A stretch of DNA of 64,000 nucleotides from Tidjanibacter sp. (GTDB lineage: Bacteria; Bacteroidota; Bacteroidia; Bacteroidales; Rikenellaceae), in contig JAFVSY010000109.1 in assembly GCA_017503465.1 (NCBI GenBank), forward strand, positions 2,726-66,725. The letters are read 5' to 3'. Under the pieces are notes generated by a model. The model was given only the letters and a program-made list of their open reading frames with translations, did no database searches and had not been told where the DNA came from. Shown here in pieces: positions 59,460 through 64,000 of this stretch (positions are counted from its first letter, which is position 1; the number at the start of each line of letters is the position of its first letter). The position numbers and the translations under genes were made by a program.

Positions 59460-60758
59460 TTATTCTTGGGCCAGCAGGTCGGCCACCACAAAGGTGCTGC
59501 CGCCCACGAAAATCATATCATCGGCCGAAGCAAGGGATAGGGCTCGCTTGTAGGCCTCCACCACCCCCGGCACAACCTCGCCACGGAACCCCTCGCGCAC
59601 AAACACCTCCGCCAACTCCTCCGCAGCCATAGCACGGCGCACGCTCGATTGGGTGAAGATGTAGTAGGCATCGGTGGGCATCAATGGGACAATGGCCTCC
59701 ACGTCCTTGTCGCTCACAACCCCAAAGACCACAAACAGCTTTTCGTAACTCTGGCGGGCAATTTGGGCCACCACCTCGGCCAAGCCGTGGGCATTGTGTC
59801 CGGTGTCGCACACCGCCAGGGGTGCATCGTGCAGTTTGTGCCAGCGGCCCGTCAGCCCCGTGGACTCCGCCACACCACGCAGGCCCTCAACAAGGGCACG
59901 GGTGGATATGTTCAGGTGTGTTTCGTTGCGCAGCAGGCTCACTGCAGTGCGCACGGTGAGGATATTCTTGCGCTGGTAGTCGCCCAGCAGGTCGAGGTCA
60001 AGGATTTGGGTGCGCCCATCGCGCTCACGTTGCAGGGTGTAGCGCACACACTCGGCCGAGGGCTCACTCTCCACCACCGCCCACTCTCGGTCGGCAAAGA
60101 CCAACTTGGAGCCACACATCTCGGCCGTGCGACAAAAAACCTCGTCGCTCTCCGCCGCACTCTCGCCCACCACCACAGGCACCTCCGGTTTGATTATGCC
60201 CGCCTTCTCAAAGGCGATTTCGGCTATGGTGTTGCCGAGCATTGAGGTGTGGTCGAGGCCGATGTTGGTGATAACGGAGAGTATGGGGGTGATGATGTTG
60301 GTGGAGTCGAGCCTACCGCCCAACCCCGTTTCAATCACAGCCACCTCCACATCGCCCGCAGCAAAGTGGTCGAAGGCCATTGCGGTGGTCATCTCAAAGA
60401 ACGACAGCCCCAAATCAACCATCTCCTGCTTGTGCTCTTTGGTAAACCTCACAACCACCTTCTCGCTGATGCACTCGCCATTGATGCGTATGCGCTCACG
60501 GAAATCGAGCAGGTGGGGCGAAGTGAAGAGCCCCACGCAGTAGCCCGCCTGTTGGAGCACCGAGGCCAGCATATGGGACACGGAGCCCTTGCCATTGGTG
60601 CCCGCCACGTGTATGGTGAAGTAGTTGCGCTGTGGGTTACCCAGCAGTCGGCACATCTCGGTGATGCCCTGAAGGCCCTCCTTGTAGGCCTGTGAGCCGA
60701 TGTTTTGGTAGGAGGGGAAGGAGTTGAAGAGGAAGTCGGTGGCTTGTGCGTAGTTCAT
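59460..60758 (-). CDS. folC: Folylpolyglutamate synthase/dihydrofolate synthase
   Basis: HVAGTNGKGS, TSPHL..FRERI, ETGLGGRLDSTN, DTGHN. Confidence 0.95.
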   Translation of the reverse strand: MNYAQATDFLFNSFPSYQNIGSQAYKEGLQGITEMCRLLGNPQRNYFTIHVAGTNGKGSVSHMLASVLQQAGYCVGLFTSPHLLDFRERIRINGECISEKVVVRFTKEHKQEMVDLGLSFFEMTTAMAFDHFAAGDVEVAVIETGLGGRLDSTNIITPILSVITNIGLDHTSMLGNTIAEIAFEKAGIIKPEVPVVVGESAAESDEVFCRTAEMCGSKLVFADREWAVVESEPSAECVRYTLQRERDGRTQILDLDLLGDYQRKNILTVRTAVSLLRNETHLNISTRALVEGLRGVAESTGLTGRWHKLHDAPLAVCDTGHNAHGLAEVVAQIARQSYEKLFVVFGVVSDKDVEAIVPLMPTDAYYIFTQSSVRRAMAAEELAEVFVREGFRGEVVPGVVEAYKRALSLASADDMIFVGGSTFVVADLLAQE

Positions 60759-60828
60759 AGCCGTAAGTGGTGGGTGTGAGTGTTGTGATTGGTATGGTGT
60801 TGTGTGTATTGGTCCGAATAGAGCGTGG

Positions 60829-62442
60829 TTACTTTATAAGGTGGTTTTTCTTCCTCACTCGGTAGCTCACGTAGTAGAGCAGGCAGAGCAGGAACACGTA
60901 GCCACCAAGGCGGCCGAGGTAGTCGCCCCAGGTGGCATAGAAGGTTACGCGGCGGGTGGGCACCACCTGCTGAGTGAGCACACCTCGCTGGTCCCAACCG
61001 AGGCTCTGCACCACCTCGCCTTTGGGAGTAATGAAGCCACTAATGCCCGTGTTGGCCGCACGGCACACCCAACGGCGCGTTTCGATGGCACGCAGGCGTG
61101 AGTAGGAGAAGTGCTGACGGTAGCCCTCGGTGTCGTGCCACCAGCCGTCGTTGGTGATGACCATCATCACCTGCGCCCCGTCAGCGGCAAAGCCTGCAAA
61201 GTGTTCTCCATAGACCGACTCGTAGCAGATTGGGGCTGCGGCCTGCACCCCGTAGGGGTGGCGGCTGTTGCGCAGCAGGAAGCCGCGGCGGTACTTGTCC
61301 ACACCGAGTTGCCCTGTGGTGCCACCAAGGTCCACGATGAGTTTTTCCAGCGGTTTGAGCAACTTCATATAGGGCATTTTCTCCACACCCACAACAAGGC
61401 GCGACTTGTGGCTCACCTTGAGGGTGGAGTCTTGGTCGAGAGCGAGGGCGGCATTGTAACGGTCGTACCAAATGGAGCCCGAGCGACGTGCCGTGGGGCT
61501 TGCATCCTGCGCACCGGCATAGCGGCGGAAGGTCATCGCTCCCGTGATGATTTGCGCCTCGGGGTGGTGTTGTGCTCGGAACTGCTCAAAGGCCGACACC
61601 GAGCGAGATGCGTAGATGTTCTCCTCCCAAATGTTGTCGCCCGCATCGCCAATGACCGTTTCGGGCAGCACAATGTAGTCGGCCTCGGCGGGTGCTTGGG
61701 CCATAAGGGAGAGCATTGTGCGGGTCTGCTCGGTGGGCGAGAGGGTATATTTTTCGGTATAGGGGTCGATGTTGGGTTGCACCACCGTTACGGTGGCGGC
61801 AGGGCCGCTTGGCTGCTCCTTGAAGGTAGCACCCACCAGGAGCGACACCACCATCGGCACCACGGCCACAGCAATCGCCACCACACCCCTCGCCTTGCCC
61901 TTCTTGAGCAACCACTCAAAGGCGAGGATGTTGGTGAGCAATACCCAGAGCGAGCCTCCGAGTGCGCCCGTGAATTCGTACCACTGCACTGCCCACACAT
62001 CGCCGGCAAAGCCATTGCCGAGCACCAACCACGGGAAGGAAATCTCCCCATTGAGGTAGAAGTGTTCGGCCCAGAGCCAACCACACACGAGTGCGGTGTA
62101 GGCGAGGGCAGGTTTGGCGTGGTGCGAGAAGTGGTGGTAGACCATAAAGACACCGCCAAAGAGGAGCATTGCGATGATTGTTGCGGCCACAATTCCGATG
62201 GCGGCGGCGTAGTAAATCCACCAGCAGGTGGCAACTGTCCATCCGCCCATAACGAGTGCAGCCCAGCCGAACATACGCCAAAAGGCCGAGCGAGAACCAT
62301 CGTAGGAGGCCGAAATCAACATCAGCGGTACCAAACCCACAAGGAGTGTGAGGCCACTGACCCTCAGCCATCCGAGGCTCAACAAAACAATGCTCACAAG
62401 GGCCAGCAGTGCCCTTTGGTAGGTTTTCAGCGTAATTCTCAT
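60829..62442 (-). CDS. lnt: Apolipoprotein N-acyltransferase
   Basis: Multiple TM helices; VQPNI, LPE, K..LV, ICYES, TNDGWW, RAIE, RAANTGIS. Confidence 0.92.
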   Translation of the reverse strand: MRITLKTYQRALLALVSIVLLSLGWLRVSGLTLLVGLVPLMLISASYDGSRSAFWRMFGWAALVMGGWTVATCWWIYYAAAIGIVAATIIAMLLFGGVFMVYHHFSHHAKPALAYTALVCGWLWAEHFYLNGEISFPWLVLGNGFAGDVWAVQWYEFTGALGGSLWVLLTNILAFEWLLKKGKARGVVAIAVAVVPMVVSLLVGATFKEQPSGPAATVTVVQPNIDPYTEKYTLSPTEQTRTMLSLMAQAPAEADYIVLPETVIGDAGDNIWEENIYASRSVSAFEQFRAQHHPEAQIITGAMTFRRYAGAQDASPTARRSGSIWYDRYNAALALDQDSTLKVSHKSRLVVGVEKMPYMKLLKPLEKLIVDLGGTTGQLGVDKYRRGFLLRNSRHPYGVQAAAPICYESVYGEHFAGFAADGAQVMMVITNDGWWHDTEGYRQHFSYSRLRAIETRRWVCRAANTGISGFITPKGEVVQSLGWDQRGVLTQQVVPTRRVTFYATWGDYLGRLGGYVFLLCLLYYVSYRVRKKNHLIK

Positions 62443-62593
62443 AGTTCTTCTGTTTGGCGACACAGGTGCATAAAGCAACTTTCGTAGCACAAATATAAAT
62501 CTTTGGCCGCAAAGTTGCCACACATATAGCGGGTATTTTTCCAAATTTATTGCTTATCTTTGTAATCTTGAACTACACGCAAAATGAGAGAAT

Positions 62594-63244
62594 ATGGTAA
62601 TTGAGGCACTGATGGGTGGAATTATTGTGGGGGTTATGGCCTCCATACCTCCGGGACCAACGTGGATATTGTGCTTTCAGCGCAATCTCAACAAGGGTTT
62701 CCGCTCGGGGCTCTATTCGGGCCTCGGCTCGGCCTTGTGCGACACGCTCTTCTCCATTGTGGCCCTCTTCTCGCTCTCGATTATCACCGCCTTCATCTCC
62801 GGCCACATCACCATTGTGAAGGTCATCGCAGGGCTTGTGGTGTCGTTCTTCGGGGTGAACATCCTGCTCAAGAAGCCCGAAATGAGACTCCGCCAAAGCC
62901 GTGGGGGCGATAACTCCAAGAGGTGGAAAGACACAGCCACCACCTTCCTGATGGTGTTGGCCAACCCCACCTTCATTCTCGCCCACATCACCTTCATCGC
63001 CACCGTGGGCTCGCTCGGACTCGGCCCCACCGAGGGCTCCTTTGTGAGCAACTTGTGGATGGTGGCGGGGGTGTTCCTCGGGTGTATGGCGTGGTGGACA
63101 ACCCTTGCGCTCATCGTGCGCCTTGTGCGCCACAAGTTCCGCCCCGTGCACATCCTTTGGCTCAACCGCATTGCGGGCTCGGCCATTGTGCTACTGGGCA
63201 TAAGCCTCATATTCAGTGTGGTAACCACCCTTCAGGTTGCATAG
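62594..63244 (+). CDS. LysE family translocator
   Basis: SIPPGP, GLGSAL.D, LANP, GVFLG..WW. Confidence 0.85.
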   Translation: MVIEALMGGIIVGVMASIPPGPTWILCFQRNLNKGFRSGLYSGLGSALCDTLFSIVALFSLSIITAFISGHITIVKVIAGLVVSFFGVNILLKKPEMRLRQSRGGDNSKRWKDTATTFLMVLANPTFILAHITFIATVGSLGLGPTEGSFVSNLWMVAGVFLGCMAWWTTLALIVRLVRHKFRPVHILWLNRIAGSAIVLLGISLIFSVVTTLQVA

Positions 63245-63276
63245 AGAGAGAAAAATAAGAAAACAACTATAAGGAA

Positions 63277-63975
63277 ATGAACAAAAACCCGAACAACAAA
63301 AAAATCGTCATCGCCGTAGACGGCTTCTCCTCCTGTGGCAAGAGCACCTTTGCGAAGATGGTGGCCGCAAGGCTCGGCTACATCTTCATCGACACGGGCG
63401 CAATGTACCGTGCCGTAACGCTCTACGCCCTCGAGCACGGCGCCTTCACCAACGGAATTCTCAACGAGGAGATGCTCGTGGGGATGCTCGACGACATACA
63501 CATCGACTTCCGCTTCAACCCCGAGCGTGGAGCCAGCGACATCTATGTTGGCGGCGAGTGGGTAGAGGGCAAGATTCGCACCATTGAGGTGAGCAACCTT
63601 GTGAGCGCAGTGAGTGCCGTGGGCGAGGTGCGCAAGAGGCTTGTGGCTATGCAGCAAAGGATGGGGCGCGACAAGGGTGTGGTGATGGACGGCAGGGACA
63701 TCGGCACCGTTGTGTTCCCCGATGCGGAGCTGAAGATTTTTATGACCGCCGACCCTGAGGTGAGGGCCGAGAGGCGCTACCTCGAACTCTCCGCCAAGGG
63801 CGAGGAGGTGAGCCGTGAGGAGATTGTGGAGAACATCCGCCAGCGCGACCACCTCGACCAAAACCGAGCCATCAGCCCCCTGCGTAAGGCCGATGACGCT
63901 GTGGTGCTGGACAACGGAGGTATGACCTTGGAAGAGGAGATGGAGTGGTTCGACAAGGTTTTTGCCGCCGTGTAG
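63277..63975 (+). CDS. cmk: Cytidylate kinase
   Basis: IAVDG.SSCGKST, DTGAMYR, MDGRDIGTVVFPDA. Confidence 0.96.
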   Translation: MNKNPNNKKIVIAVDGFSSCGKSTFAKMVAARLGYIFIDTGAMYRAVTLYALEHGAFTNGILNEEMLVGMLDDIHIDFRFNPERGASDIYVGGEWVEGKIRTIEVSNLVSAVSAVGEVRKRLVAMQQRMGRDKGVVMDGRDIGTVVFPDAELKIFMTADPEVRAERRYLELSAKGEEVSREEIVENIRQRDHLDQNRAISPLRKADDAVVLDNGGMTLEEEMEWFDKVFAAV

Positions 63976-64000
63976 GGGTATTTTAGTTATGCCCCACACA

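Noticed and set aside
57-63999. Long antisense ORFs (e.g. 6429..9266, 15168..17834, 24787..28530, 41406..43385)
   Set aside because: They are shadows of real genes caused by strong codon bias, with no recognisable motifs.

Overview
Chromosomal segment of a Bacteroidota bacterium, probably Rikenellaceae/Alistipes-like. This is inferred from SusC/SusD, an HTCS, TAnnTTTG promoters, SD-less A/C-rich leaders and gene order. About 2-37.4 kb is one large polysaccharide utilization locus (PUL). It contains an HTCS regulator, a frameshifted phosphodiesterase-PA14 lipoprotein, two GH50-like paralogs (one split by an in-frame TAA), uxuA plus a mannonate oxidoreductase, two O-acetylesterases, a GH88-GH154(DUF2264) fusion, SusC/SusD, two poorly classifiable clan GH-A enzymes, GH43, two surface lipoproteins sharing a DUF1566/C-type-lectin-like tip, and GH2-malectin. 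The rest is housekeeping: recF, surE, lpxA/lpxC, antiporter, MscS, plsY, acyl ligase, anSME plus sulfatase, Phe/aromatic operon, rpmH, ECF sigma cluster, folC, lnt, cmk. The main signals not in the ORF track are: (1) a Phe/Tyr-rich leader peptide with an attenuator ahead of pheA; (2) a 41-aa YxxP peptide directly ahead of a type V pilin-like lectin gene; (3) a shared candidate HTCS operator 35 bp from the -7 box of two PUL promoters; (4) an apparently catalytically dead RibH-like protein with its own promoter; (5) an identical 24-bp palindromic site present twice in inverted orientation 26.5 kb apart; (6) apparent absence of CATG and strong depletion of GATC; (7) TAG as the dominant stop codon (32 of 47 genes by manual tally). 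No rRNA, tRNA, CRISPR, transposase, integrase or reverse transcriptase was recognised. All family assignments come from motif recognition by eye, not from database searches.
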